Virus record (IMG/VR): IMGVR_UViG_3300020045_003196
Location: 1-43,190 of that record
Strand: one strand, 5' to 3'
DNA: 43,190 bases
Source: a virus
Taxonomy: Duplodnaviria; Caudoviricetes
The number at the start of each line of letters is the position of its first letter. Position 1 is the stretch's first letter. Shown one piece after another: positions 26,410-36,197 of this stretch. Both the position numbers and the translations under genes were made by a program. The notes beneath the pieces are model-generated. The model saw only the letters and a program-made list of their open reading frames with translations, was not told where the DNA came from and searched no databases.

Positions 26410-26753
26410 GGCGTGGCAACCAGCAGTGGAAGCTTGGTTTCTTCGCCGACGGCTTCGACGTAGCCGTATTGGCCATAACCCTTACGGAACGGCACAAGCT
26501 TGAAGTCTCGCCCGAGCCATTCAACGTATTGGCCGATTGTCATTGGCGATACGCTATGGATCTGAATGTACTCAAGGGAGAAATCAATCTGCTCGACCTT
26601 GAGTTTTTCAGGGTCGGCGGGCTGCACTACCGCCATAATCGGAAGCGCGATAACCGTTTCAGTCTCGACGAAATCAACAGTCGTAGAGCTTACGGTTTTC
26701 AGGATGACAGGCTGCGACCACTCGGTCAGCACGTCGGACATATCAGGCAGCAT
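26406..26753 (-). CDS. Head closure/neck protein
   Basis: AVVQPA motif; neck-gene position. Confidence 0.7.
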   Translation of the reverse strand: MLPDMSDVLTEWSQPVILKTVSSTTVDFVETETVIALPIMAVVQPADPEKLKVEQIDFSLEYIQIHSVSPMTIGQYVEWLGRDFKLVPFRKGYGQYGYVEAVGEETKLPLLVATP

Positions 26754-27231
26754 CGGTCACCACAAACGTGATTGAGTTGCGTAGCAACCCGGTGTCAATG
26801 AGGATACCAGACGACCCCTTTGCCTGCTTTGTGGATTCTTGGATGTCAGGCCACTCGCCATAACCCTGGCTTTTGAAGGCGCCCTTACTGATGTTGACGG
26901 CGGTAAGACCCAGGCGGCCCAGGGCAATTTCCAGATCAAGGCCATGCTCCAGCACTAGGTTAAATTGTACCTCTGTCATGCGAGTCAGTTCGTCGCGCTT
27001 GATGTCAAACGGGCCGCGCAAGAATGAGCGCATAGGAATGGTAGGGGTGCTGTATTCATGCCAAATACCAACATCAAGGACAGTCGGCGCAGATTTGGCA
27101 TTGTCGGTTTTGTAGGCTTTGCTGGTGGCTGATTCGCCGGCTGGCAACCCAACCTTAACGACCGCCCGCTTGGCCCGCTCCATAGCCGCCAGCTGCTTTG
27201 TGACAAGCGCCAGCGTCTCTTTCGGAGTCAT
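26743..27231 (-). CDS. Neck/virion morphogenesis protein
   Basis: VKVGLP, HEY..IP.RSFLR, KGSSGILIDTGLLRNSIT. Confidence 0.8.
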   Translation of the reverse strand: MTPKETLALVTKQLAAMERAKRAVVKVGLPAGESATSKAYKTDNAKSAPTVLDVGIWHEYSTPTIPMRSFLRGPFDIKRDELTRMTEVQFNLVLEHGLDLEIALGRLGLTAVNISKGAFKSQGYGEWPDIQESTKQAKGSSGILIDTGLLRNSITFVVTDAA

Positions 27232-27563
27232 ACAAAGCGCGCTCCAGTACGACGGCCGCCGCTGAGAATCCAGTAAGTCTGGCCGTAGCGGTTGCTGTTG
27301 AACCATGACGCGAGGTTGCTACTCTGCGAGGCCGAGGCTTCATAGGAAACCGAAACGCTGCCGACAGACTTGCTGGCGACGTTGCGAGCAGATCCGGTGC
27401 CGGGCGCCGAGTCGTTGACAAGCAAGAAGGCGATCAAATTCAAGATCGCCTCCTTGTTTTTTTCGTTGTACTCAAGGCAGGTATACGACGGCCAAGTCGA
27501 CGCGACAGCCTCGACCCACGGGATCGTTGGGAATCGCGCTTCAAAGTCCGTCTGAATACTCAT
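27228..27563 (-). CDS. Head-tail adaptor (DUF4054-like)
   Basis: FEARFP, SKSVGSVSVSY, NRYGQTYW. Confidence 0.85.
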   Translation of the reverse strand: MSIQTDFEARFPTIPWVEAVASTWPSYTCLEYNEKNKEAILNLIAFLLVNDSAPGTGSARNVASKSVGSVSVSYEASASQSSNLASWFNSNRYGQTYWILSGGRRTGARFV

Positions 27564-27952
27564 TATTCCTCGACCCTCAACAGGCCCAGGTCAATGCCGC
27601 GTTGAATGCGTTTCTCTGTCATAGCATCAAGCCGATGAGCAGGAATGAACCCCACGCCGTAGCCCTCAAGGCCAAGGCTCAGCATTGGGTTGGCCTGAAG
27701 GTTGCGCAGGTGTACGCCGTCCACTTCAACTTCTGGCTCTATCTCTGGCTCTGGCTCGACAGGATCAGCCGCGACCTCGGCGACAGGCTCAACAGGCTCA
27801 GCCGATTCTGGCTCTACTACTTCTTCCGGCGCCTCTTCAGCTGCCGGCTGCTCAGCCAGTTTTTCGGCGATCTCTTCACGCAAACGATCCTCGCTCCAGC
27901 GACCGTCAACCTTGATACCCAGCGCCTCTGCTTGCTTTTTGAGTTCGTCCAA
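27563..27952 (-). CDS. Acidic Glu/Pro-rich hypothetical protein
   Basis: TTG start with GGAGG RBS; LKKQAEALGIKVDGRWS N-terminal domain; low-complexity EP linker. Confidence 0.75.
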   Translation of the reverse strand: MDELKKQAEALGIKVDGRWSEDRLREEIAEKLAEQPAAEEAPEEVVEPESAEPVEPVAEVAADPVEPEPEIEPEVEVDGVHLRNLQANPMLSLGLEGYGVGFIPAHRLDAMTEKRIQRGIDLGLLRVEE

Positions 27953-27996
27953 GACGAATCCTCCAAAATAGGTGGCGCATCCATGCGCCCAGGAAA

Positions 27997-28983
27997 TTAC
28001 AGGCCGGTCAGAGTGGCGGCGGCGCCAGTCTCGATCACGTCCAGGCCAGCGATGCTGAAGTACGACTCCATGTAGTACTTGAAGCCGCGCTGATCAATGC
28101 TGGAGATCTCCAGCGGCACTGGCAGACGGAACTGCATAGCGCGACGGTTATCGGAGAACGCAACCGAAACCGAGTTGACAGCAGCCTGGCCGGCTTCGGC
28201 GCGGTTGGTCATGCCGAAGGTGACGGTTGGGAAGTTCGCTTCCAGGGCGTTCATGACGCTAGCCGGACCGGCAGCAGTGTTCATGATCTTGGTGGTGGCG
28301 ATGTTGTAAACCGACCACGGCAAGACAACGCGGTTCGCCTTGTAGGCTGGCACGTTGTAGACGTTTTTCCATTGGCGAGTAATCAGGTCAGCGATTTCCT
28401 GATACAGCTCAAGGCCTGTAGCAGCCAGAGCGGTAACTGCCGAGGTGTCGGTATCCCAGCCGGTGTAGTTCAGCAGGCCGCGAGTCTTGTAGGTGCCGTT
28501 AGAGCGCACCTGGCCGACATAGCCGATGGAGTCGATTTCGCGGTTGTACAGCTCGTTGTGCGCTTCCATGAACCGGCTGGGCAGGTTGATGTTTTGCAGT
28601 TCGGCTTTCTTCAACTCGATTTCAGACCAGTCGGACTCGGCATCTTTGGTGAATACCGGGATGCTGTCGTCTTCACCTTCCAGCGTGATCTTGCCGGTGG
28701 TGTTGGTATTGGTGCCAGCTTCACGGAAGCCACCAGCGATGGCTAGCTTGATCTTTTTGATCGAGTCGGCATAGCCGCCTTCGTTGTTGATGGTGATGCC
28801 TTGCATCAAGAAAGTCAGCTCGGGGTATTCCTGAGTGAAAATCTCGGTGCTGAGGTGTTCCAGGTTGCGAGCCAGGATAATGCCGCCAGCATCCGTGAAG
28901 TTCTGTTTGGCGAAGGCCGCCTTGTCTTCGAACGACTTGATGTTGAACAGCTTGAATGGATCTTTGGTAATGACTTTGCTCAT
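27997..28983 (-). CDS. Major capsid protein (DUF2184-like)
   Basis: 328 aa, strong codon bias, GLLNY motif, after the protease and decoration genes. Confidence 0.9.
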   Translation of the reverse strand: MSKVITKDPFKLFNIKSFEDKAAFAKQNFTDAGGIILARNLEHLSTEIFTQEYPELTFLMQGITINNEGGYADSIKKIKLAIAGGFREAGTNTNTTGKITLEGEDDSIPVFTKDAESDWSEIELKKAELQNINLPSRFMEAHNELYNREIDSIGYVGQVRSNGTYKTRGLLNYTGWDTDTSAVTALAATGLELYQEIADLITRQWKNVYNVPAYKANRVVLPWSVYNIATTKIMNTAAGPASVMNALEANFPTVTFGMTNRAEAGQAAVNSVSVAFSDNRRAMQFRLPVPLEISSIDQRGFKYYMESYFSIAGLDVIETGAAATLTGL

Positions 28984-28986
28984 GGC

Positions 28987-29472
28987 TTAAACCCCGGTCA
29001 GGTATTTAGGAAGCAGGACCAGCCAGCAACCAGGGCGCTTAGGCTCCCAGAATACCGCGCCAGGCACGATTGCGTTGTTGGTCGATACGGTGGTTGCCTT
29101 GCCGATGTCGGCGCCAGCAACGTTGACCGCGTAAACCTGGCCGTACTTGGCAGGGGTCACGCCGGTCGGGATCTGCACAGTCACGAAACCGAAGTTGACG
29201 CATTCGGCAACTTGGTCAGGAGCGATCCCGAGCTTGGTGTAGTTGGCGTTTTCTAGGGCGCTGGCGATCTTGCGGCGAACTACACCGGCAATGATCGGGG
29301 TAGCCGATGCATCCAGCAGATCCAGGGAGCCGGTGTCGTACTTGGCGAAACGGCCAGGTACAAGGCCTTCTTCCCAGACGTCGAACGCAGAGCAGTTGTA
29401 GGGCGATGCGGCGATAAACTCGCCAGGCATCAGGTCTGGTGGGGTGACGACGACTGTGTTGTCAAAGGCCAT
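28987..29472 (-). CDS. Capsid decoration/cement protein
   Basis: 161 aa between protease and capsid genes. Confidence 0.75.
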   Translation of the reverse strand: MAFDNTVVVTPPDLMPGEFIAASPYNCSAFDVWEEGLVPGRFAKYDTGSLDLLDASATPIIAGVVRRKIASALENANYTKLGIAPDQVAECVNFGFVTVQIPTGVTPAKYGQVYAVNVAGADIGKATTVSTNNAIVPGAVFWEPKRPGCWLVLLPKYLTGV

Positions 29473-29474
29473 GA

Positions 29475-30614
29475 TTATTTACCTTCCTGTTCTTTTTTGA
29501 GGCGTGCCGAGAGGCTGGTTTCATCGGCCGAACGGTCGCCGAAGTTCTGGTATTCGCCGCTGGATTTCTTCAGCAGCTTGAAGGCTACCGAGAGTTCCGC
29601 GTCAGCGAACTTTTGCGAGCCGTGCTCAACGGCCAGGGCGTCACGCATTACCTGGGCAGTCGATTTGTCGGCGAAGGCGTAGGTTTCCGGCAGGATGCCG
29701 CGAGCCTTGTCAATGACGGTCGCGTGCACCTTCACGGCGCTGCCAATAGCCACAGCGAGCTTGTCTGCGAACTTTTTGCGCAGAAGCTTGCGAGCCGAGT
29801 CGGTCACCTTGACCGGATCACCGCCAGCAGCATCGGCGCTTTCATCCATCAGCTTATCAGCTTCTTCGTCGGTCATTTCCGGCATGTCTTCGACAACCGT
29901 TTCTTCGACAACTGGAGCAGCGCCAGCTTCCTTGGCTACCGCGACAATTTCCTGAAGAGCTGGCAACAGCTCTGTCAGCTTATCCGCTGGTACGTTTTTG
30001 ATCGCTTCCGGCAAACCTGCCGCAAGCTCAACAATCTGCGAAAGGCTCATCGAGCCATCGGCGTCACAAAACGCCTTGTGCAGTTTTTTCATGGGCTTGT
30101 CAGCCTCCGGGGTTGGTTTTCGATCAATGAAGCGGCAGCCAGGACCACAGCGGCCAGAGTCAACAATTGCAAGGTGGGTCGGCATCAGGTCGCGTTGCTC
30201 GAAGTCGTACTTCGAATGAGGGACAAGGCGCCCTTCGTAACCCATGGAAAGCTCGCGCTTGCCGCTTTCGATAGCTTCTGCAATCAGCGGATCAATCGAG
30301 AGCTTGTTCTGAATGGCAAGCGTTGAGCTGGTGGCGTCATCAAAGGCGTCAATCAGCTCGGACGATTCGACCTTGCTCGTGATGTCTTTCGACTCGCTGC
30401 CTGGCTCAACGTGCTCGTCGATAACCGGAATCCCAGCCATCAAATTTGCCGCGCTCGCGATGGTGGCTGGCGAGCGGTAAACGTAAAAGATCTTGTCGGC
30501 TGGCTCCATGCCGATTTCGCTACCGAGATACTCAAGCACGCCGTCGCGAACAGAAACAGCCGTCCGAAGACTGCCGTCGTATGTCGCCGCATCGCTGAAC
30601 TTGAGCTTATCCAT
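29475..30614 (-). CDS. Prohead protease/scaffold (DUF2213-like)
   Basis: GVLEYLGSEIG, GKRELSMGY, HLAIVDSGRCG; acidic scaffold C-terminus. Confidence 0.9.
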   Translation of the reverse strand: MDKLKFSDAATYDGSLRTAVSVRDGVLEYLGSEIGMEPADKIFYVYRSPATIASAANLMAGIPVIDEHVEPGSESKDITSKVESSELIDAFDDATSSTLAIQNKLSIDPLIAEAIESGKRELSMGYEGRLVPHSKYDFEQRDLMPTHLAIVDSGRCGPGCRFIDRKPTPEADKPMKKLHKAFCDADGSMSLSQIVELAAGLPEAIKNVPADKLTELLPALQEIVAVAKEAGAAPVVEETVVEDMPEMTDEEADKLMDESADAAGGDPVKVTDSARKLLRKKFADKLAVAIGSAVKVHATVIDKARGILPETYAFADKSTAQVMRDALAVEHGSQKFADAELSVAFKLLKKSSGEYQNFGDRSADETSLSARLKKEQEGK

Positions 30615-30642
30615 TATCTAGCCTTGGCATAATTCTTGCCGA

Positions 30643-30671
30643 ATTGTAAACCTGAGTTTTCGGGAAAGCAA
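30643..30671 (-). promoter_or_regulatory. Putative promoter for the protease-capsid genes
   Basis: TTGCTT (30671-30666)-N17-TACAAT (30648-30643). Confidence 0.6.
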
Positions 30672-30675
30672 ATCG

Positions 30676-31532
30676 CTATTGCTGGCGCTCTTCCCATGTC
30701 AGCGAATAGGTCATTTGCGCGGCATCGTTCACGGGCAGGCCGCCAGTCAGGGTCGTGAGGCGGCCGTGGTAAACACCAGCAGGCAATCCTCTCTCGCTGA
30801 AATCCGAGCCTACATTGCTGGCCGTGTTGTTCGCGGCCGACGCGCGCAGCTTCAGCAAGTCAACCTCGGTGCCGCCAGTGAAGTTACCGCCAGTGGCGAG
30901 CCGGCATTGCGCGGCGTAGTAAGGCTGCGGACGCTCGGACATTCGGTTTACGCCAATCGGGGTCTTATCGGTCCATGTGCCGCTTTCGGTTGCGCCGGTA
31001 TACACGCGCATTTCCAGGGCGCCCTGAGTTAGCTCTAGGGACTGCTGCCATAGGATGAAATCTACGGGCGAGGTAAATCGGAATTGAACAGCGGGTCCAG
31101 CAGTGGAATCAGCGCCTCTATGTAGTTCCTGAACATGCGACCAGCAAAGAATCCCGTCTGCCCAACATCAACGCGCAAGCGTGAGTTGGGGCCGGTGCCT
31201 TTGTCGGTCAGGATGTTCATCGGCGGGACTGCTGAAGGCTGGCCGGTCAGCCAGAGAATCGGGCTGCTTCCGCCAACCAGGCCGGTGAATGTGACGCGCA
31301 AAGCCCTTATGGCGCCGTCAAAGGACAGGTCAAGCCGACCTCCAGTAACAGACGCGGAAGGCGACAGCACTTCCCAGGCTGATGATCCGATTGACTGCTT
31401 TTCAATGATCACGGTCCCAGCCGAAGGAGTTACGCCAAACGCCAGCGATGCCCGGTAAACGCTGATGTTTCCGTCGGCCATATTGATTACTTGCGGACCA
31501 TTGACGGCCTGGAGCTGGTAGCTAGCGGTCAT
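30676..31532 (-). pseudogene. Virion-associated gene apparently split by a 1-nt frameshift near 31105
   Basis: ORF 31062-31532 and the frame of 30676-31011 overlap open; joining gives ...ALIP-TAGPAVQFRFTSPVDFILW... Confidence 0.55.
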
Positions 31533-32362
31533 TCTTGTTCATCCTCGGCAGTCTCTGGAATGATCATTGTGTAGGTGCAGCGGCAGTTGTAGTCGGTCCC
31601 TGGCAGAAGATATAGACCGTCAAGCGACGAATAAAGGCCCTCAGCAAGATCAAACTCTTTCCCTTCGCGATCATTGTGCGAAGGCCTTACCCGCTCATCA
31701 CCGGCAGTCTCCCAGATCGCCTTTGTGATGCCCAGGTTTTGCGCGCGGATTTTGGTCGTGATCGAGTTGTAGTTCTGAACCTGATTACGGGCCAGAAACT
31801 TGGCGTGGTTTTTCCGTTCGCTGACTATCCCGTCAAACTGGCCAACGATGGTGTCAAGCGACTCGCCCTGACTCATGGCAAACAGGGTGTTGTTCGTGAA
31901 CTTCTGAAAGGTGTCGTCGCGGAGGGTTTTTATCCATTGCGCTGTCTCAGCGACCAACGCATTGGTGGTCGCTTTCATGCCCTCTTTGGCGATCAGTTCG
32001 GTGATGTTGATCCCGGTAGACTTCGCCACGCGAGCATAGAATTCTTGCTTCGACTTCTTGTCCAGCTTGGCCAGCATTTCCTTGGTAGTGGTATCAATAC
32101 GCCCATTGCTGAATTGCTTCAGTAGCTTCTTCTGTGCGGCCTTGCTGAGCTTCAGCAAGACTGATGCGTAGTTGCCAGTCTGTGCGTCAGCGAACTTCTC
32201 AACCGTTCGCGCCTGGAGCTGGCCAAGCACTTGGTTTTTAAACCGCTGCGCCATCTGGCTGACCATGAATTCAATCATGTCGGCCAATTCGTTCTCAATG
32301 CCGCGCGGCGACTTAGGCGCCTTGATCGGGGTAGGCTTTGCGGCAGTGATTTGGCGCTTCAT
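31529..32362 (-). CDS. Head morphogenesis protein (SPP1 gp7/Mu gpF family)
   Basis: ARNQ, WETAGDERVRPSH, PGTDYNCRC. Confidence 0.9.
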   Translation of the reverse strand: MKRQITAAKPTPIKAPKSPRGIENELADMIEFMVSQMAQRFKNQVLGQLQARTVEKFADAQTGNYASVLLKLSKAAQKKLLKQFSNGRIDTTTKEMLAKLDKKSKQEFYARVAKSTGINITELIAKEGMKATTNALVAETAQWIKTLRDDTFQKFTNNTLFAMSQGESLDTIVGQFDGIVSERKNHAKFLARNQVQNYNSITTKIRAQNLGITKAIWETAGDERVRPSHNDREGKEFDLAEGLYSSLDGLYLLPGTDYNCRCTYTMIIPETAEDEQE

Positions 32363-33564
32363 ACGACTGGCTCTTCTTCTTGCTCATCCGGCTTAAACAG
32401 CTCTTTCCACGGATCATTTTTGATCACGTCATGCTGAACCAAGTAGCCGCGATAATCCTCGCCCAGCGCATCCAGTTTCACGGCATTGTCGATAACTTTG
32501 GTTTCAAACTCCAGGCGCTCCAGCGCGGTGCCGCCCTGGTTTTCCTTGAAGCAAACTTCTTCAATGCCGAAGTGCGCGCAGAGCTGACGAATTGGGTCTT
32601 CGAGGTAATCGAACTGCACGCCCTCAACCATGTCCTGAAAGGACTGGCGTTCCTGATTGCCGGTGCTGTTAAGACCCTGGACAGATTCGCCGACCATCAT
32701 CGGGACGGGGATCGACGTTACCATTGCCAGGCGGCGGATTGTGATGTTGTCTACAGAGTCAAGGTTCGTCAGTGTCTGTGCCACGGAGATTATGTCGTCG
32801 GAAGCGTCGATAACAGCATCGCCGTAGATACTGCGTAGATCGGCCACCTTCCCGTAGTAGTTGATCAGGTATTCATCATCGCCACAGCGGACCGCGTCAG
32901 CAAATCCGGCAACCTTGTGCACCAGCGTAGAGTTCTTTTCCAGAATGGTGCCGCTAGCCCGCTCGACAATTCCGTCGTTGATCAGTTGGGTATGGATCAT
33001 TTCGAATTCGCTGATACCGCCGTAACGGTAAGTGGGCAAATCCAACTCGGTGGGCATGTAGTAAGTGAAATCGACAACCCGCGTCCAGTGGAAAGCTTTA
33101 CCTCTAACCGAGTAAGTTTTTGGCTTCTGGTAGCGGTCGTCATTCAGGTCGATGCTGATGTCGGTGACGCTGACCATGTCGCCGCCGAACACCTCAAGCC
33201 TCACCTTGGCCATGTCCAACTCGCCTACTTGAGGTTTCGAAAGGTCGGCGCCTCGCTCATTCAGCAGGATGATTGCCCGACCAAAGCCCATCATCAGCTT
33301 GGATGCTTTCTTGACCGAGCGCTGCAACTTGGCCTTGTAAAGCAATTCATCCTTTGCATTTTTGAACTGAAGGGTTTCATTCAGCGCGTAGCCGGTCTTG
33401 ATCGTGATGATCTTGGCGCCCAGGCCAGTCTTGAAGATAGCTCGCAACTGACTGTCTTCGATACGGCTGGAAACAATGATATTGCTTGCGGCGGCACTGC
33501 GGCGGTTGGCCAGTTGGTTAACGATGTTGACAATGCCGTCTCTGAAGCTTCGAACGCGGCTCAT
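32359..33564 (-). CDS. Portal protein (DUF1073-like)
   Basis: Between TerL and gpF-like gene; HWTRV, IPVPMMVGES..GLNSTG. Confidence 0.85.
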   Translation of the reverse strand: MSRVRSFRDGIVNIVNQLANRRSAAASNIIVSSRIEDSQLRAIFKTGLGAKIITIKTGYALNETLQFKNAKDELLYKAKLQRSVKKASKLMMGFGRAIILLNERGADLSKPQVGELDMAKVRLEVFGGDMVSVTDISIDLNDDRYQKPKTYSVRGKAFHWTRVVDFTYYMPTELDLPTYRYGGISEFEMIHTQLINDGIVERASGTILEKNSTLVHKVAGFADAVRCGDDEYLINYYGKVADLRSIYGDAVIDASDDIISVAQTLTNLDSVDNITIRRLAMVTSIPVPMMVGESVQGLNSTGNQERQSFQDMVEGVQFDYLEDPIRQLCAHFGIEEVCFKENQGGTALERLEFETKVIDNAVKLDALGEDYRGYLVQHDVIKNDPWKELFKPDEQEEEPVV

Positions 33565-34997
33565 AGCATGTTTCTCCAGTCTCGCTTAACAGGGCTCAGA
33601 ATGGAGCCGATGGCGTCCATGGTTGGGTCGATCTGGTCATCGTGGGCGCCTTTGGGGAAGGCGGCGAATTCTGACAGGTAGTCGGATAGCCACGGCGCAT
33701 CCTCGGGCAACAGCACATTACCGGATTGTATCAGCGGTATCGCGTCCATGGCTCGCGTGATTTTGTCAACGGATCGAGGGATGCCGATCACGGGGATGCC
33801 GGTCATGGATTGAATCAGGCCGGTGCCGCTGGCCTTGTCTTCGACGTAGAAGGCCCGAAGCGTGCCATTGGCGTCCGCCTTGTGTTTTGCCCAGAACGCC
33901 TTGGCCTGGGTCAGCAGCTCTGGCGCTTCCCACTTGCCGCGCACTTGGTCGAGCAATACAGCCTGGCCTTCCCACGTCTCGCCCCAGCACTGGAAAACCG
34001 AATAGTCGTTATGCTCTTTGGTCTTCTGCGCGGTGTCGGCAAACACGGCCCGCCATTTGAGTTTTGGCGGAATGCCTTTCCAGTAGCGGAAGCCCTCAGT
34101 CTTGAACATGTTGCCGCCGAGGGCAATGGGCGACTGCTGATACATGGCCGACCAGAAGTAGTCGGACATGATTGCCTTCTGCTCCAGCAGCTTATCAAGC
34201 GGATGCAGGTCGGGCACAAGCGCCCCTTCGCGCCTGGATGGGTCGTAGCCTTTCTCGCCAGGCATGTTGACCGCGACAAACTTCAGGTGCTTGGCCTTTG
34301 AGTTGATCTTGAGGATGCGGCCGGAGAGGTCGTCCGTCGCCCAGCTGGTGGCCATGATAATTTGGCCGCTGTTCTTGCTCAGGCGCGTCAGGAACGTGGT
34401 GATGTACCAATTCCATATCCCATCCTTGACCGTCTCGCTGAGTGCTTCCTGTGCGTTTTTAATCGGGTCGTCAATCAGGCCGATGTCAAGGCGCTTACCA
34501 GTGAGCGGGCCGCCGACGCCTTGTCCAACGTACCGACCCTTGCGACCAACGATCTCAAACACGTCGCTGTTGCGTTTGGCTTCCACGTCAACAGTCACGG
34601 CACGTTTAGCGCTCAGTGACGCCTCAGGGAAAAGCCGGTGATACTCAGGGCTGAGCATGATCCGCTGCACATCGCGGTTCATGTCGGTGGCCAGATCCTT
34701 GGAGTAGGACAGGCCGCCAATCGAGAGATCCTGGTTTAGGCCAAACAGGAACGCTGGCGCATACCGGCTGACGATATCCGACTTGCCGTGCTGGGGTGGC
34801 GCCTGGACGACAAGCACGGGTCTCAATCCCGCTTGCTGATCCAGAAAGAACTGATCCAGGGCTGCGCACAGCTCGATAGCAAACTCGCTGACGATGTATT
34901 CAGGGTTTATGTACAGGATGAAGTCTAGAAGGCTACGGCGCGCCTTCCTGCGCTTCAGCAGCTCCTGCGCAGCAAGTTGTATTTGATTCAGCGACAC
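33561..34997 (-). CDS. terL: Terminase large subunit
   Basis: PPQHGKS Walker A, IDDPIKN Walker B, DTAQK, EDKASG, HDDQID nuclease motifs. Confidence 0.95.
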   Translation of the reverse strand: MSLNQIQLAAQELLKRRKARRSLLDFILYINPEYIVSEFAIELCAALDQFFLDQQAGLRPVLVVQAPPQHGKSDIVSRYAPAFLFGLNQDLSIGGLSYSKDLATDMNRDVQRIMLSPEYHRLFPEASLSAKRAVTVDVEAKRNSDVFEIVGRKGRYVGQGVGGPLTGKRLDIGLIDDPIKNAQEALSETVKDGIWNWYITTFLTRLSKNSGQIIMATSWATDDLSGRILKINSKAKHLKFVAVNMPGEKGYDPSRREGALVPDLHPLDKLLEQKAIMSDYFWSAMYQQSPIALGGNMFKTEGFRYWKGIPPKLKWRAVFADTAQKTKEHNDYSVFQCWGETWEGQAVLLDQVRGKWEAPELLTQAKAFWAKHKADANGTLRAFYVEDKASGTGLIQSMTGIPVIGIPRSVDKITRAMDAIPLIQSGNVLLPEDAPWLSDYLSEFAAFPKGAHDDQIDPTMDAIGSILSPVKRDWRNML

Positions 34998-35614
34998 TAT
35001 TCAGAAACCCCACCGGCAACAATTGCTGCAAGCTGATCATCGGTTAACTCTGTTACGTCTTTCGTAAGAATAGGGCCGCCATCTTTACCGGTGTGCTCAA
35101 ACTTCTGAGCAGCCTCCCAGCCTTCCATCTTAGCGAGCAATGCAATAGCCGCCGCTTTGCCGTGCTGTTTAATCTTCGGACCGAACTTGCCAACTTCCAA
35201 CTCAGAAATGATCTTCAGCTTTTCAGGGTCGGAGTTTTGAAGTTCCTCATCGATAGTCCAAACAGTTTGATGTACGTCTTCCCCTGTATCCATGTTCTTA
35301 CCGATATTGACGGTTTTAAACTTGACAATATCGGTTAAGTTTCCACGGCCAAGCTGGCTAAGTATTTGCCTGGCTTCCTCGCGGCTCATGATTGCGTTAT
35401 CTACCGCTTGCACTTTCATGGAATCCATGAACGCTTTTACCCTAGCATCGCTTAGCATTCGAGATGCAATTGCGTCGGCAGCATTGTCGTTTTCAGCAGT
35501 ACCGCCAGCAGCGTAATAGGCAGATCTCTGTGTCATTCCGGCAAGTACGCCAGTTGATGTCCGCTGCTGAAGCTGAGTCAGCAAGTCGAATAGGTCTTTC
35601 TGCTCCGGTGTCAT
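34997..35614 (-). CDS. terS: Terminase small subunit
   Basis: AYYAAGG..A..ASRML HTH, MSREEA, EHTGKDGGPI..LTDDQL; precedes TerL. Confidence 0.9.
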   Translation of the reverse strand: MTPEQKDLFDLLTQLQQRTSTGVLAGMTQRSAYYAAGGTAENDNAADAIASRMLSDARVKAFMDSMKVQAVDNAIMSREEARQILSQLGRGNLTDIVKFKTVNIGKNMDTGEDVHQTVWTIDEELQNSDPEKLKIISELEVGKFGPKIKQHGKAAAIALLAKMEGWEAAQKFEHTGKDGGPILTKDVTELTDDQLAAIVAGGVSE

Positions 35615-35764
35615 GGTTGGCCTGCCCTGTCATTTGATCGTTGATAGTGAATATATCACGCCGACCAGATACCCCAAAGCCGGCAGACGCTCATGGAATC
35701 CGAGAGAAATCCCGAGAGTGGTGAAATGTGCGACTTTTGAATAGTGTGGAAAAAGTGTGGAGTT

Positions 35765-36021
35765 TTTGCACACTGACGCAGCCTTAGTGGCACTAGGTGT
35801 TCAGGGTAAAAAAAGACCAAAAGCGTGGAATGTGGAGAGGGGGTGCCACGACCCCCCGACCATTCCCACCCACCCAAAGGACAAATCCAATGGGTATGCA
35901 CCAATATAGTGCAAAATAGAAATATAAATATAAATATGTAGGGGGGGGGTACACATTCTTCTCTTTATACTTATTTTTCTTCTAGAGCCCTAGTGCCACT
36001 AAGGATAGCTCAGTGTGCAAA
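35765..36021. repeat. 33-bp imperfect inverted repeats (35765-35797 and 35989-36021) around an AT-rich, G-run core; ori/pac candidate
   Basis: TTTGCACACTGA-N5-CCTTAGTGGCACTAGG present in both orientations. Confidence 0.85.
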
Positions 36022-36074
36022 TTTCTACGCTTTTGGCGGTTTTGGGCCACATCAGCACATTATTTATTTGAATA

Positions 36075-36188
36075 TACGTTTTAATTTACGGTTTCGTATA
36101 CGAATACGGATAGATTTACGGAAACCTTTATTTTTCCGTGTTGACTTTCGTACACGCTTACGAATAGGATTTCGCAAACCTTAACGGA
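36075..36188 (+). repeat. Degenerate 6-bp-periodic array (~19 units, TACGnn/TTCGnn) over a promoter
   Basis: TACG at 36075, 36087, 36099, 36105, 36117, 36159; TTCG at 36093, 36147, 36171; all in phase modulo 6. Confidence 0.75.
36141..36170 (+). promoter_or_regulatory. Promoter of the replication operon
   Basis: TTGACT (36141)-N18-TAGGAT (36165); TTCGTA-N6-TACGAA in the spacer. Confidence 0.6.
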
Positions 36189-36197
36189 GGAACCGCT

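Noticed and set aside
32359-33564. Anti-CBASS Acb1 label sometimes attached to DUF1073 proteins
   Set aside because: Size and position between TerL and gpF indicate a portal, and I see no paired HxT/S phosphoesterase motifs
24396-34641. Long + strand ORFs opposite the structural genes (e.g. 24396-25079, 29613-30326, 32917-33681)
   Set aside because: Antisense shadows of codon-biased genes with no motifs or RBS
35993-36184. 63-aa ORF with RIRIRI-type periodicity
   Set aside because: A by-product of the 6-bp DNA array; it overlaps a promoter and has no RBS
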